The translations under genes were made by a program, and so were the position numbers. Under the pieces are notes generated by a model. It was not told where the DNA came from. It saw only the letters and a list, made by a program, of their open reading frames with translations, and made no database searches. This document shows, in pieces, positions 40,914-50,583 of a stretch of DNA of 64,000 nt. Source of the stretch: Chloroflexota bacterium (lineage in GTDB: Bacteria > Chloroflexota > Limnocylindria > Limnocylindrales > CSP1-4); contig JBBIIL010000004.1 in NCBI GenBank assembly GCA_037446495.1, positions 75,916 to 139,915 of the forward strand, given 5' to 3'. The stretch's first letter is position 1. The number at the start of each line of letters is the position of its first letter.

Positions 40914-41600
40914 ATGACCGAGGGGGACGAGCGACCCGACACCGGACCGGAGGGCGAGGCTGCTGCCCGGGCGCGAGTCGACTCGCTCTTCGAGCGCTTC
41001 AACAGCCTCACGCCGACCGAGCTCGGGCACATCGGCCTCCAGCGCCAGGACCCCGAGCACCACCGGACCAGGATGGAGGTCGTGGAGGCGGCCGTCGAGG
41101 CGTCGGGCCGGAGCGTCCTGCTCGGCGAGGCGAGGGCCGAGGCGCGCGAGGTCGTCCTCCGCCGCTATGGCGAGGGCACCCTCAACCCGACGTGGGTGGG
41201 GCTCAACTGGGCGGTCTCCGGCGGGCCGGCAGAAGACCGGGCGGCGATCGTCGTGGCGCTGGCGGACGCCGCATCGGCTGCCGTGGTCGAGGACCTCGTG
41301 GGCGCGGAGGTCGTAGAAGCGCTGTCCATCGACGCCCAGCATCTGCTGGGCCTCGCCTCGGGCGACGCTTACGAGGGCGCGCTCGCCCGAGCGATCGAGC
41401 CGCCTGCCCCGGACCTCGAGGATCCGCCAGGCCGCACGGCCGTCGTATACGGCGGCGCGGCGATCGGCGGGGTTCTGGTGTTCCTCGCGGGCGACATGCT
41501 GGTGACGCCGCTCATCGGCCTCGCGGGCGGGATCGTGTTCGCGATGATCGTCATCGCGCAGGGGCGCCGCGGCCCGGGCGAGCGGCCGCCGAGGCGGTGA
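40914..41600 (+). CDS. hypothetical protein with C-terminal double TM
   Basis: It is 228 aa with coding-like composition. The soluble domain is acidic. The hydrophobic tail reads VVYGGAAIGGVLVFLAGDMLVTPLIGLAGGIVFAMIVIA. Confidence 0.55.
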   Translation: MTEGDERPDTGPEGEAAARARVDSLFERFNSLTPTELGHIGLQRQDPEHHRTRMEVVEAAVEASGRSVLLGEARAEAREVVLRRYGEGTLNPTWVGLNWAVSGGPAEDRAAIVVALADAASAAVVEDLVGAEVVEALSIDAQHLLGLASGDAYEGALARAIEPPAPDLEDPPGRTAVVYGGAAIGGVLVFLAGDMLVTPLIGLAGGIVFAMIVIAQGRRGPGERPPRR

Positions 41601-41665
41601 TCGAGCCCAACCGCCTCACGAACCCCGGCGAGGCTGCGGCGCTCGAGCGGGTGGCGGCGATCGGC

Positions 41666-42066
41666 GAGCCGCAGCGCAGCTCACCGCCTCTCCCGGGTGG
41701 GCACATTCGACTGAGCATCAGTCGCCCGCCACCGCGTCGAGCCGCAGCGTGGCTCACCACCCCTCCGGGCGCGCCCCAGTTCGACTGACAGTCGATGGAA
41801 CCAGCGGCCTCGCGTCGGTTCCTCGCCGCTCAGGCGAAGAACGGCCCATCCGACTCGCGAAGTCCGCCCCGTGGATGCGCCTCCTTCGCCGGTGCGTCGA
41901 AGTGGCGACGGTCCGTGCCCGAACACTTCGACTGTCCGTCGAATGGCGGGAAGGGCAAGGTACCCACAGCGTGCGGGCACCTGCACGCCCGGGACCCTCG
42001 ACTGCCAGTCGAAGAGACGCGGGGCCAGGCGCCCGTCAGGGCACGCCCGGGACCCGCGACGCTCAG
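41666..42066. repeat. Degenerate ~72-bp tandem array (5-6 units), each unit centred on a TCGAC..GTCGA palindrome
   Basis: The palindromes lie at 41708-41724, 41781-41795, 41852-41864 (degenerate), 41927-41943 and 41998-42012. Units 41666-41738 and 41739-41815 align along their full length. The array lies between convergent genes. Confidence 0.7.
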
Positions 42067-42911
42067 CCCGACGTCTGGAGGCGGCGCAGGATCTCGTCGT
42101 GGAGCAGCCCGTTGGTGGCCACGAACGACACCGCGTCGATCCGCCGATCGCCGAACGCGTCGGTCACCCGCCCGCCCGCCTCCTCGATCACGATCAGCGG
42201 CGCGGCGAGGTCCCAGGTCTTCATCCCGACCTCCATCATCGCCTCGGCCGCGCCCTCCGCCAGCAGCGTGTAGCCCCAGAAGTCGCCGAAGCCGCGATCG
42301 CGCCAGGCCGAGGCGACCAGCGTGTCGAAGCCGGGCATGAGGCCCGACGCGACGTTGTCCGTGCGCGACCCGTACAGCAGCTGCGCGTCCTCCAGGCTCG
42401 CCACGCGCGAGACTCGAACCGGCCGCTCCCCGTCCAGCCCGCGCGCCCACGCGCCCAGGCCGCGCGCCGCCCACCAGCGCTCGCGCAGGACCGGCGCGGA
42501 GATCATCCCGGCCTGGATCTCGCCGTCCACCTCCACCGCCAGCAGCGTCCCGAACAGGGGCACGCCGCGGATGAAGTTGTGGGTGGCGTCGATCGGGTCG
42601 ATGTACCAGCGCGTCGGGGCGTCGCCGGCCTCGGTCCCGTACTCCTCCCCGATCAGCCCGTGGTCCGGATAGCGCGCCCCGATCCGTGACCGGATCTCCC
42701 GCTCGACGCCCTGGTCTGCCACGGTCACGAACGAGCGGTCGGGCTTGCGCTCGAGGACCAGGTCGCGCCGGAAATGGGCGCGCGCGATGTCGTCGGCGGC
42801 GTCGCACGCCTCGTGGGCGAACGCGAGCCAGTCGCGCAGGGTGGCCTCGGGGACGCGGGCGTGGGCGGCGGACCAGGCGGGTCCGAAGGGCTGGTCGGTC
42901 ATGACCGTCAT
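42063..42911 (-). CDS. Inositol monophosphatase family protein (possibly histidinol-phosphatase HisN-like)
   Basis: It has DRSFVTVADQGVEREI, GEEYG, WYIDPIDATHNFIRG, and WDLAAPLIVIEEAGG. I placed the start at MTVMTDQPF. Confidence 0.85.
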   Translation of the reverse strand: MTVMTDQPFGPAWSAAHARVPEATLRDWLAFAHEACDAADDIARAHFRRDLVLERKPDRSFVTVADQGVEREIRSRIGARYPDHGLIGEEYGTEAGDAPTRWYIDPIDATHNFIRGVPLFGTLLAVEVDGEIQAGMISAPVLRERWWAARGLGAWARGLDGERPVRVSRVASLEDAQLLYGSRTDNVASGLMPGFDTLVASAWRDRGFGDFWGYTLLAEGAAEAMMEVGMKTWDLAAPLIVIEEAGGRVTDAFGDRRIDAVSFVATNGLLHDEILRRLQTSG

Positions 42912-42939
42912 GATGCCCCATCGGGGGCCGGGTGCGTGC

Positions 42940-45393
42940 TCAGGCCCGGATGCGCTCGCCGGTCGGGTCGAAGAGCGGGTCGCGAACCACCTCGAAGCCC
43001 ACCGCGGTGCCGAAGACGTCGATCTCGCCACGGGCGCCGACAAGGATCTCGGGCGGGAGATGGGCGAACGCGATCGACTTGCCGACGGTGTAGCCGGCGC
43101 CGCCGGACGTCACGCGCCCCACGACCCGGCCCTCCACGCGCACGGGCTCATTGCCCAGGCAGACGGAGCGCGGATCGTCGAGGACGAGGCAGCGCAGGCG
43201 CTTGCGCGGCCCGGCGGCCTTCGCGGCCACGAGCGCCTCGCGCCCGAGGAAGTCGCCCTTCTCCAGCCGGACGGCGAAACCGAGGCCCGCCTCGTACGGC
43301 GTCTCCTCGGGCGTGATGTCGGCCCCCCAGGCGCGGTAGCCCTTCTCGAGGCGCATGGCGTCGATGGCGCGGTAGCCGCCCGCGACCAGGCCCCTGGGAC
43401 GGCCCGCCTCCCAGAGGGTGTCCCACAGGGTCGCGCCGTACTCGGATGGGGCGTAGAGCTCCCAGCCCAGCTCGCCCACGTAGGTCACGCGCACGGCGAG
43501 CAGCGGGACCGGGCCCACGGTGACCTGGCGGGCAGTGAGGTACGGGAACGCGGCGTCTGACACGTCGTCGGTCGTGGTGGTGGCGAGGACGTCCCGCGCT
43601 GCCGGGCCCCACAGGCCGAAGCACGCGCGCGAGGACGTGACGTCCGCCACGCGCACGGAGCCGTCGATGGGCGCGTGCTTGTGGATCCAGGCGAGGTCGT
43701 GGTTGCCGAACGCGGTGCCGGTGACCAGCAGGAAGGCGTCGGCCGCCGTCCGCGTCACGGTCAGGTCGCACTCGATGCCGCCCCGCCGGTTGAGCAGCTG
43801 CGTGTAGGTGACCGAGCCGACCGGCCGGTCGATGTCGTTCGCGCACAGCCAGCCCAGCAGCGCCACCGCCCCCGGCCCCGTCACCTCGATCTTGGCGAAC
43901 GACGTCTCGTCGAACAGCGCCGCCGTGGTTCGGGTCGCGATGGACTCCGCGGCGATCGCCGGATGCCAGATCCGGCCCGCCCAGCCCCGCGGCCGGAGCG
44001 CCTCGAGCGCCGCCTCGCCGCCCCAGCGCTCGTCGGCCGCGTTGGGTGCGAACCAGTTCGGCCTCTCCCAGCCGCTCTTCTCGCCGAAGCTCGCGCCCAG
44101 CGCCGCCAGCTGCGGATACGCTGGGGAGAGGCGCAGCGGCCGGCCCGCCTGGCGTTCCTCGGCCGGGTAGTGGATGTCGTAGTAGGTGGCGTAGTTCTCA
44201 GACGAGCGGGCGAGCGTGAACGCGCGGCTCCGGTACTGCGCCCCGAAGCGCCGGATGTCCATCCTCCAGAGGTCCAGCTCGGGCTCGCCGTCCACGATCC
44301 AGTTCGCCATCTCCCGGCCGATGCCGCCGGCGCCGGCGATGCCGTGGGCCGAGAACCCGGCCGCGACGAAGAACCCCCGGACATCGCTCTCGCCCAGGAT
44401 GTACTCGTTGTCCGGGGTGAAGCCCTCGGGGCCGTTGATCATCCGCGTGACCGTGGCGTTCTCCATCGCCGGGACGCGCCGGATGGCGCCATCCAGGATC
44501 GACTCGAAGCGCGGCCAGTCGGGGTCCAGCAGGCGGTGGTTGAAATCGGCGGGGATGCCGTCGAGCGCCCACGGCTGTGGGTTGTGCTCGTAGCCGCCCA
44601 TGAGCAGGCCGCCGGTCTCCTCGCGGAAGTACACCAGGTTGTCCGGGTCGCGCAGCTGGGGCAGGTCGCGGGTCACGCCCTCGATCGGTCCGGTCAGCAG
44701 GTACTGATGCGCCATCGGGATGAGCGGCACGGTCACGCCCGCCAGCCGCCCGATCTCCGGGGCGTACATCCCGCCCGCGTTGACAACTACGTCGGCCTCG
44801 ATCTCCACGCGCTCGCCGTCGCGCTCGCAGGTGAGCCCGCGGACACGCCCCTCGCGCACGTCAACCGCCACCACGCGATGGTGCGGCAGGATCCGCACGC
44901 CGCGCCTCCGGGCGCCGGCCGCCAAGGCGAACGCCAGGTTCGACGGGTCGAGCCATCCGTCCGTGGGCAGCCAGACCGCGCCCAGCACGCCGTCCGGGCG
45001 CATCAGCGGGAAGCGGTCCTGCGCCTGCTGTGCACTGACCAGATCGATCGGCAGGCCGAAGGTCGCCGCCCACGCCGCCTGGCGCTGGAGCTCCTCGTAG
45101 CGCGCCTTCGTGCTGGCCAGGCGCAGCGAGCCCACCTCGTGCCACGCCGGGTCCACGCCCGTCTCCGCGGCCAGCCGACGGTACAGCTCGACGCTGTACA
45201 TGATCATCCGGGTGAGCGTCACCGAGCCCCGCAGCTGCCCGACGAGGCCCGCGGAGTGGAACGTTGACCCGGACGTCAGCTCGGCACGGTCCACGAGCAC
45301 GACATCAGTCCAGCCGCGGTGGGCGAGGTGGAACGCGATGGACGTGCCGCCCACGCCACCCCCGATGACCACAGCCCGCGCGTGCTCCGTCAC
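42940..45393 (-). CDS. FAD-dependent oxidoreductase fused to GcvT-like aminomethyltransferase domain (dimethylglycine/sarcosine dehydrogenase family)
   Basis: The N-terminus has VVIGGGVGGTSIAFHLA (the DAO fold). The C-terminal GcvT-like region reads ...LRLEKGYRAWG... Length is 817 aa. It has a GTG start with a GGAGGGG RBS. Confidence 0.9.
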   Translation of the reverse strand: MTEHARAVVIGGGVGGTSIAFHLAHRGWTDVVLVDRAELTSGSTFHSAGLVGQLRGSVTLTRMIMYSVELYRRLAAETGVDPAWHEVGSLRLASTKARYEELQRQAAWAATFGLPIDLVSAQQAQDRFPLMRPDGVLGAVWLPTDGWLDPSNLAFALAAGARRRGVRILPHHRVVAVDVREGRVRGLTCERDGERVEIEADVVVNAGGMYAPEIGRLAGVTVPLIPMAHQYLLTGPIEGVTRDLPQLRDPDNLVYFREETGGLLMGGYEHNPQPWALDGIPADFNHRLLDPDWPRFESILDGAIRRVPAMENATVTRMINGPEGFTPDNEYILGESDVRGFFVAAGFSAHGIAGAGGIGREMANWIVDGEPELDLWRMDIRRFGAQYRSRAFTLARSSENYATYYDIHYPAEERQAGRPLRLSPAYPQLAALGASFGEKSGWERPNWFAPNAADERWGGEAALEALRPRGWAGRIWHPAIAAESIATRTTAALFDETSFAKIEVTGPGAVALLGWLCANDIDRPVGSVTYTQLLNRRGGIECDLTVTRTAADAFLLVTGTAFGNHDLAWIHKHAPIDGSVRVADVTSSRACFGLWGPAARDVLATTTTDDVSDAAFPYLTARQVTVGPVPLLAVRVTYVGELGWELYAPSEYGATLWDTLWEAGRPRGLVAGGYRAIDAMRLEKGYRAWGADITPEETPYEAGLGFAVRLEKGDFLGREALVAAKAAGPRKRLRCLVLDDPRSVCLGNEPVRVEGRVVGRVTSGGAGYTVGKSIAFAHLPPEILVGARGEIDVFGTAVGFEVVRDPLFDPTGERIRA

Positions 45394-45480
45394 CCGACCC
45401 CTCCAGTCTCGCGCGCGGAAGGCGCCGCGTCGGTGGTGATTGTCCCCCGGGCGGCGTCAGGGCGCGCACCGGTGTCCGCG

Positions 45481-46434
45481 TCAGCCAACCCCGACCTCGC
45501 GCAGCGCGCGCTCGAAGCGTGGCGTCGCGGCATTGGCGAGCAGCCGGTCGAAGTGCTCCGCGGCGTAGGCCCTGAAGTCCACGTCCAGCGTGCTGATCCC
45601 CTGCTGGAGCACGCCCCACATCGCCTCGCGAAAGTCGCTGATCACACGGAACAGGATGATCCGAGCGAGGCGGTCGGGCCTCGGCTGCGGCTCGGCGTCA
45701 TAGGCGGCGAGGAACGCGGCGTCCTCGTCCTCGGACAGGTCGTTGTTGACGCTGAAGTTGCCGAGATCGAAGAACGGGTCGCCCATGCCGGCATACTCCC
45801 AGTCCACGATCCGCATGCGCTGCCCGTCGTCGATCAGGTTCCCGGGCAGGAAGTCGTTGTGGCACGGCCGCAGCTCGAGCGGGTTCTGGAGCAGCGCAAG
45901 CTCCACGCGCCGGCCGATCGCCTGCGCCAGCTCGAACTCGGGCGGGATGTGGACGCCGTTGTCGCGGGCCAGCGCCCGGTAGGCCTCCACAATGCGCAGG
46001 GGGACGAACAGCCCCGGGATCGCGGGGCCCTCGTGGAACCGGCGCACTGAATCGGCGACGCGCTCGATGACGTGGGACGCGTGAATGTCGAGGTCAGCCA
46101 TGGGCGTGCCCTCGATGAACCGGGTGACGAGATAGCCCTCGGGGCGCAGAAACGCCACCACCTCGGCGCCCACACCCACGCCGGCGGCCGCAACCGTCGC
46201 GGCGTGCTCCACCTCGCGGCTGATACCGAGCAGGTGCGTGTCGTTCCCCGCCAGGCGGATGACGAAGCGCTCCTGCTGCCCGGCGACGTCCACGCGGTAG
46301 TTGCGGTTGGTGATGCCGCCGCTCAGCGCCACCAGCGTGAGCCGTTTGCCGCTCAGTTCCGGCACGCGCTGCATGGCGCCGACCAGCTCGTCGTGGAGCT
46401 CGCCGTGGAGGATGTCGGACGCGTCGTCGCTCAT
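45481..46434 (-). CDS. APH/choline-ethanolamine kinase family phosphotransferase
   Basis: It has LSGGITNRNYRV, the Brenner motif PCHNDFLPGNLI, and IVDWEYAGMGDPFFDLGNF. Confidence 0.85.
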   Translation of the reverse strand: MSDDASDILHGELHDELVGAMQRVPELSGKRLTLVALSGGITNRNYRVDVAGQQERFVIRLAGNDTHLLGISREVEHAATVAAAGVGVGAEVVAFLRPEGYLVTRFIEGTPMADLDIHASHVIERVADSVRRFHEGPAIPGLFVPLRIVEAYRALARDNGVHIPPEFELAQAIGRRVELALLQNPLELRPCHNDFLPGNLIDDGQRMRIVDWEYAGMGDPFFDLGNFSVNNDLSEDEDAAFLAAYDAEPQPRPDRLARIILFRVISDFREAMWGVLQQGISTLDVDFRAYAAEHFDRLLANAATPRFERALREVGVG

Positions 46435-46515
46435 GCGCTCCTCCGGGGGATGCGCGATCGGGGCGACGGATGGGTCCCGCCGTCCCGCCCAACGGTGTTC
46501 GAGCTCAGGGCCGCG

Positions 46516-48090
46516 TTATCCGATCGTGGCCTCGCCCGTGATCGCGTCGGCCTCGACGGTAGACCCGACGAGCTGCATGTGCTCGCCGACCAGGTAGACC
46601 ACGATGCCCACGACGACCAGGATGCCCAGCGTCGCCTCGAAGATCGGAATCGCCGGCAACCAGCTGAGCGTGCTGCCGAAGAACGACAGGCCGTTCATCA
46701 GCGGGTTCGTGAGGTCCCGGAACGCGGCGAAGTTGCCGAACCAGTCCGGCGCGTTCCACAGCGCGAAGTTGACGATCATCACCCCTCCCCAGACCAGGGC
46801 CGCAAGATTGATGATCGTGCCCCAGCCGCCGAGAGTGAACCAGGCCGTGCCACGGGGCCAGCCCTTGGTGCGGGCGAGGAACACGCCCAGATTGCACAGG
46901 AAGTAGCTGATGTAGATCAGGCCTGTCGCGCCGCCGGCGAGGAGGAACGGGCTGTCGGTGACGAGCAGCGGGACGCCAGCCAGGACGCCGACGGCGACGG
47001 CCGCGTTGGCGGGGGTCTTGAAGGTGTGGTTGACGTGCGCCCAGGTGGCACCGAGCGGGAGTCGGCGGTCGCGGCCCATCGAGAACATCAGGCGAGCGGT
47101 CGCGCCCTGGATCGCCAGCGTGCAGACCGCGACAGCGGCGAAGATGACCCACAGGTACAGGCTGCCAAACGCGTCGCCGAGGTTCGTCTTGATCGTCGTG
47201 GCGATCGGCGAGGGATCAGTCAGGGCCGCGTTCATGTCCGGCTGCGAGAGCAGGATGGCGAGGAGGAACACCGCGCCGATGATCCCCGACAGCCAGATCG
47301 CGGTCAGGATGCCGCGCGGGGCCTGGCGACTGGCGCCCACGGTCTCCTCCCCGAAGGTGCCCGCAGTGTCGAAGCCGTAGACCACGAACAGGCTCATGAA
47401 CATGCCGACGAGGAAGATCGGCAGGTACTGGCCGCCGGTCTGCGACTCGGAGCCGGCCGTGGTGGTGAGCACCGAGACGGGCTGGTTCGTGTGCAGGACC
47501 AGCAGGATCACCGCGAACACGAGCATGCCCAGGATCTCCGCGCCCACGCCGATATTGTTGATCAGCGACAGCAGGCGGACGCCGAAGGCGTTGATGACCG
47601 TGGTCACCACCAGGACGCCGAGCGCGACGCCAACCTGGGCGTTGGTGAACAGGAACGGCTGCTTGGACAGGTCCGTGCCCAGGATGCCGCTCAGGACGAG
47701 CGGGACCGTGATCGCCACCGCGGTGGTCGTGAGCACGCCCGCCCAGAAGTAGATCCAGCCGGTGAACCAGCCGAGCGTCTTGTTCGAGAGGCGCTTGGAC
47801 CACTGGTAGATGGAGCCCGCCACGGGGAAGTGGCTGGACAGCTCGGCGAAGTTGAGCGCGACGAACGTCTGGCCGACGATGACGATCGGCCAGCTCCAGA
47901 AGAACGCCGGGCCGGCAACGCCGAGGCCGAGCGAGATCAGCGTGAAGGTGCCCGTGGACACGCTGATATAGCTGAATGCCACGGCGAAGTTCGACAGGAA
48001 GCCGAGCGTCCGCTGCAGCTCGGGCTTGATGCCCAGCGCCTGTAGTTGGGCGTCATCCTGTGCCGCCTGGTCCTGATGGGTACCGGCCAC
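46516..48090 (-). CDS. APC superfamily amino acid/amine permease
   Basis: It has 12 or more TM helices and FAELSSHFPVAGSIYQWS, which is APC-type. GTG 48090 is preceded by a GGAGGAGGG RBS. Confidence 0.87.
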   Translation of the reverse strand: MAGTHQDQAAQDDAQLQALGIKPELQRTLGFLSNFAVAFSYISVSTGTFTLISLGLGVAGPAFFWSWPIVIVGQTFVALNFAELSSHFPVAGSIYQWSKRLSNKTLGWFTGWIYFWAGVLTTTAVAITVPLVLSGILGTDLSKQPFLFTNAQVGVALGVLVVTTVINAFGVRLLSLINNIGVGAEILGMLVFAVILLVLHTNQPVSVLTTTAGSESQTGGQYLPIFLVGMFMSLFVVYGFDTAGTFGEETVGASRQAPRGILTAIWLSGIIGAVFLLAILLSQPDMNAALTDPSPIATTIKTNLGDAFGSLYLWVIFAAVAVCTLAIQGATARLMFSMGRDRRLPLGATWAHVNHTFKTPANAAVAVGVLAGVPLLVTDSPFLLAGGATGLIYISYFLCNLGVFLARTKGWPRGTAWFTLGGWGTIINLAALVWGGVMIVNFALWNAPDWFGNFAAFRDLTNPLMNGLSFFGSTLSWLPAIPIFEATLGILVVVGIVVYLVGEHMQLVGSTVEADAITGEATIG

Positions 48091-48273
48091 GTGCAACCCT
48101 CCTCCCGGGCGCCCCGAGGGCTCGAGGCGCTGACCCCTGAGACGTGCGCGAGCTCGTCGGCACGCCCCTCCGTGCAGGCTTGCGCGGATCGTGGGGCTCG
48201 TGCCGCGCGGCGTCAACCACGTTGCGATGGGGTTGCGAGGGACGGGCCGACCCCAGCCGCGGACGACTGCGGT

Positions 48274-48849
48274 CTATGCCAAGGGCTCGAACGCCTTCGG
48301 GTAGCGGACCGTGCCGCGCACGTCCTCGGTCCAGGCCGGCAGACGGCGGGCCATCCAGGCCGCGTCCGGCCATGCCGCGGCGGGCGGCTCCAGGCCGAGC
48401 GAGCGGGCCGGCACGAAGCCGAAGCGCGGGTAATAGGACGGTTGACCCAGGAGCACGACGGCAGGCACACCGCGCGCCATCGCGAGGCTCAGGGCCGCGG
48501 TGGTGAGCGCCGAGCCCACGCCGCGGAACTGAAGCCCCGGAAGCACCCCAACAGGCCCCAGCGCAAGCACCTCTGCCACCCGGGCGCCAGCTGCATCCTC
48601 GAGCCGACAGGGCGACAGGAGCAGGTGGCCGACGATGTCGCCTGCCGCGTCCAGCGCGACGACAGACTGCCAGCCGTCGGGCGCGAGCCGACGGATCTCG
48701 TCCACGATGTCGGCCTCTTCTGGACCGGGAAACGCGGCCTCGTGGATGCGCCGGACCCCCGGCGCGTCGCCGGGGGCCTCGAGGCGGATCGTGATGGGGA
48801 GCGGTTCCGGCCCCTCGGCCGCGAAGACGCCGCCGGGGCCGGACGCCAT
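48274..48849 (-). CDS. GNAT family N-acetyltransferase
   Basis: IRLEAPGDAPGVRRIHEAAF... plus LGPVGVLPGLQFRGVGSALT is the acetyl-CoA-binding Q/RxxGxG/A motif. Its start is adjacent to the aldolase stop. Confidence 0.8.
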   Translation of the reverse strand: MASGPGGVFAAEGPEPLPITIRLEAPGDAPGVRRIHEAAFPGPEEADIVDEIRRLAPDGWQSVVALDAAGDIVGHLLLSPCRLEDAAGARVAEVLALGPVGVLPGLQFRGVGSALTTAALSLAMARGVPAVVLLGQPSYYPRFGFVPARSLGLEPPAAAWPDAAWMARRLPAWTEDVRGTVRYPKAFEPLA

Positions 48850-48850
48850 G

Positions 48851-50251
48851 TCAGCCGACCGCGGCCCTGAGCGCAGCGGGGATCGGCCGGGCCAGCGGGA
48901 CCGGCTGGATGTGCTTCGCGACCAGGTCGGCGGTGCCGGGCACCTTGAGCTGGTCGAACAGGAACGCCATCTTGGCTCCCTGGCTGGCGAGGATCTCGTC
49001 CTTGGTCTCAAGGTCCCAGATCGCGCGCTTGAACGGGCCGATGGCCTTCTTGCGTGTGGTGTAGAGGAATTGGTCCTCGGTCTGGCCGTCCTTGCGCTCG
49101 TCGGCGGCGTTGACCTGCAGCCAGGCGTAGATCTCGTCCATCAGGGCCTTGGGGAAGGCCGGATGGTCGTACAGCGAGTTCTGGAAGCCGGTCGCGAGGT
49201 GGATCTCGGCGGTCTCGACCGTCGCGAACTTGTGGAACAGCTCGTCCGGCAGCGTGGACGCGCCGTGCTGGACCGCACCGGCCAAGCCGTAGGAGCGGGC
49301 GACCTCGCCCAGGGCGCGCAGGACTTCGAAGTCGAGCTTGACCTCGGCCACGCCGCCGCCCGGCAGCGGGATGCCGCCGTGGCTGGTGCCGGTCTGGACG
49401 CTGACCTTGGAGACGCCCTTGGCGCTGGGGGCCAGCCGCTGCAGCACGGTGTTGTATCCGTCGAGATAGGCCTTGAGCTCCTCGACGGTGGAGTTGGCCT
49501 TGCCCACCTCGCCGATCTCACCGCCCACGCTGACGGTCACGCCGTCAGTCTCGAGGCTGCGGATCAGGGCGGTCAGTTCGGCGGCGCGGGTGTAGTTCTC
49601 CTTCTGCTCCTCGTCGAGCGAGCCCTTGGAGAGGTCCACCAGCGTCGAGCTGTCGATGTCGATGTTGCGGTAGCCGGCGTCGATCGCGAGCTTGCACGCC
49701 TTGCGGATCTCCTCGGTCATGGCCTCGGGATCGGCGGCGTACTTCTTGGCGTTGAACTGGTAGTGGTCGCCCTGGATGAAGACCGGGCCGACGTGGCCGG
49801 CCGCGATGGCGCCGGCGAGGACGCTCGTCGCGAAGTCCAGCGGGCGTTGGAAGGTGTACGTCTGCTCGCTGCGGGCGATCTCGAAGATGATCGCGCCGAC
49901 CTCCTTCTCCTTGGCGACCGACAGGAAGGTGCGGGCCATGTCGAAGGTCTGGGCGCGGAGATTGACCGCCGGGACGGTGAAGCCCGACACCTCCCCGCGG
50001 CTGCGGGCCATGTACAGGCCCTGGATGCTGGCCGAGCGGGCGCCCAGCGCCTGGCTGGCCTCCCAGACGATCCAGCGGGTGGCCTCGGCGGTGGGCTCGT
50101 CGGTGGTGAGCGCCGCCGTCCAGGCCAGGTCCCTGATCGCCGCGGAGCGGAACTTCGGCTCGTCGTCGATGACGAGCCGATCGCCCTCGACGTGGGCGGC
50201 GCCGGCCATGGTGGCCAGCAGGTCAGCGATGGAGGTGGCGACGTGGGGCAT
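48851..50251 (-). CDS. Class II (metal-dependent) ketose-bisphosphate aldolase family protein, long form
   Basis: It has FTVPAVNLR, PVFIQGDHYQ, NIDIDSS, and VQTGTSHGG...LAGAVQHGAST. These are class II aldolase metal and substrate motifs. Length is 466 aa. Confidence 0.85.
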   Translation of the reverse strand: MPHVATSIADLLATMAGAAHVEGDRLVIDDEPKFRSAAIRDLAWTAALTTDEPTAEATRWIVWEASQALGARSASIQGLYMARSRGEVSGFTVPAVNLRAQTFDMARTFLSVAKEKEVGAIIFEIARSEQTYTFQRPLDFATSVLAGAIAAGHVGPVFIQGDHYQFNAKKYAADPEAMTEEIRKACKLAIDAGYRNIDIDSSTLVDLSKGSLDEEQKENYTRAAELTALIRSLETDGVTVSVGGEIGEVGKANSTVEELKAYLDGYNTVLQRLAPSAKGVSKVSVQTGTSHGGIPLPGGGVAEVKLDFEVLRALGEVARSYGLAGAVQHGASTLPDELFHKFATVETAEIHLATGFQNSLYDHPAFPKALMDEIYAWLQVNAADERKDGQTEDQFLYTTRKKAIGPFKRAIWDLETKDEILASQGAKMAFLFDQLKVPGTADLVAKHIQPVPLARPIPAALRAAVG

Positions 50252-50583
50252 CGGGATTGGGTCTCCTTAGCGTGCGCAGCGGATGGTACCGGCCGACGGC
50301 GCGGCGCACACGGTTTCAGGCCCCGGCCGTCTGGGGCATCCCGAGCATGCCCTGTCGCGACGCGGGCCGAATGGGCGGAACGGCGCGCCGCTCATGAGCG
50401 ACGCAGCGCGGTGCGGGGGCCGCGTGGACCCCGACCGAGGGCCGGATGGCCGGCAGGGGTTGGGATCAATCCGCCGCCGACGCTCTGGACCATGCCGCGT
50501 GGTTCGGCCACCGAACCCCCGGGGACGCGGGCTCAGGCGGGGTCGCACGGCGCGTGCGCTCGGCGAATGCAGGGTGCGGCGCG

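Noticed and set aside
41666-42066. Possible CRISPR array (regularly spaced palindromic repeats)
   Set aside because: The repeats are short and degenerate, and the 'spacers' are themselves homologous between units. No cas genes or leader are in the window. I treat it as a tandem palindrome array instead.
41551-42340. ORFs 41551..41760(-), 41681..41986(-), 41749..42273(+) and 41795..42340(+) in the palindrome-array gap
   Set aside because: The repeat period (~72 bp) is not a multiple of 3, so the repeated units are read in different frames. Composition is Arg/Pro-rich, there is no RBS, and they partly overlap the IMPase gene.
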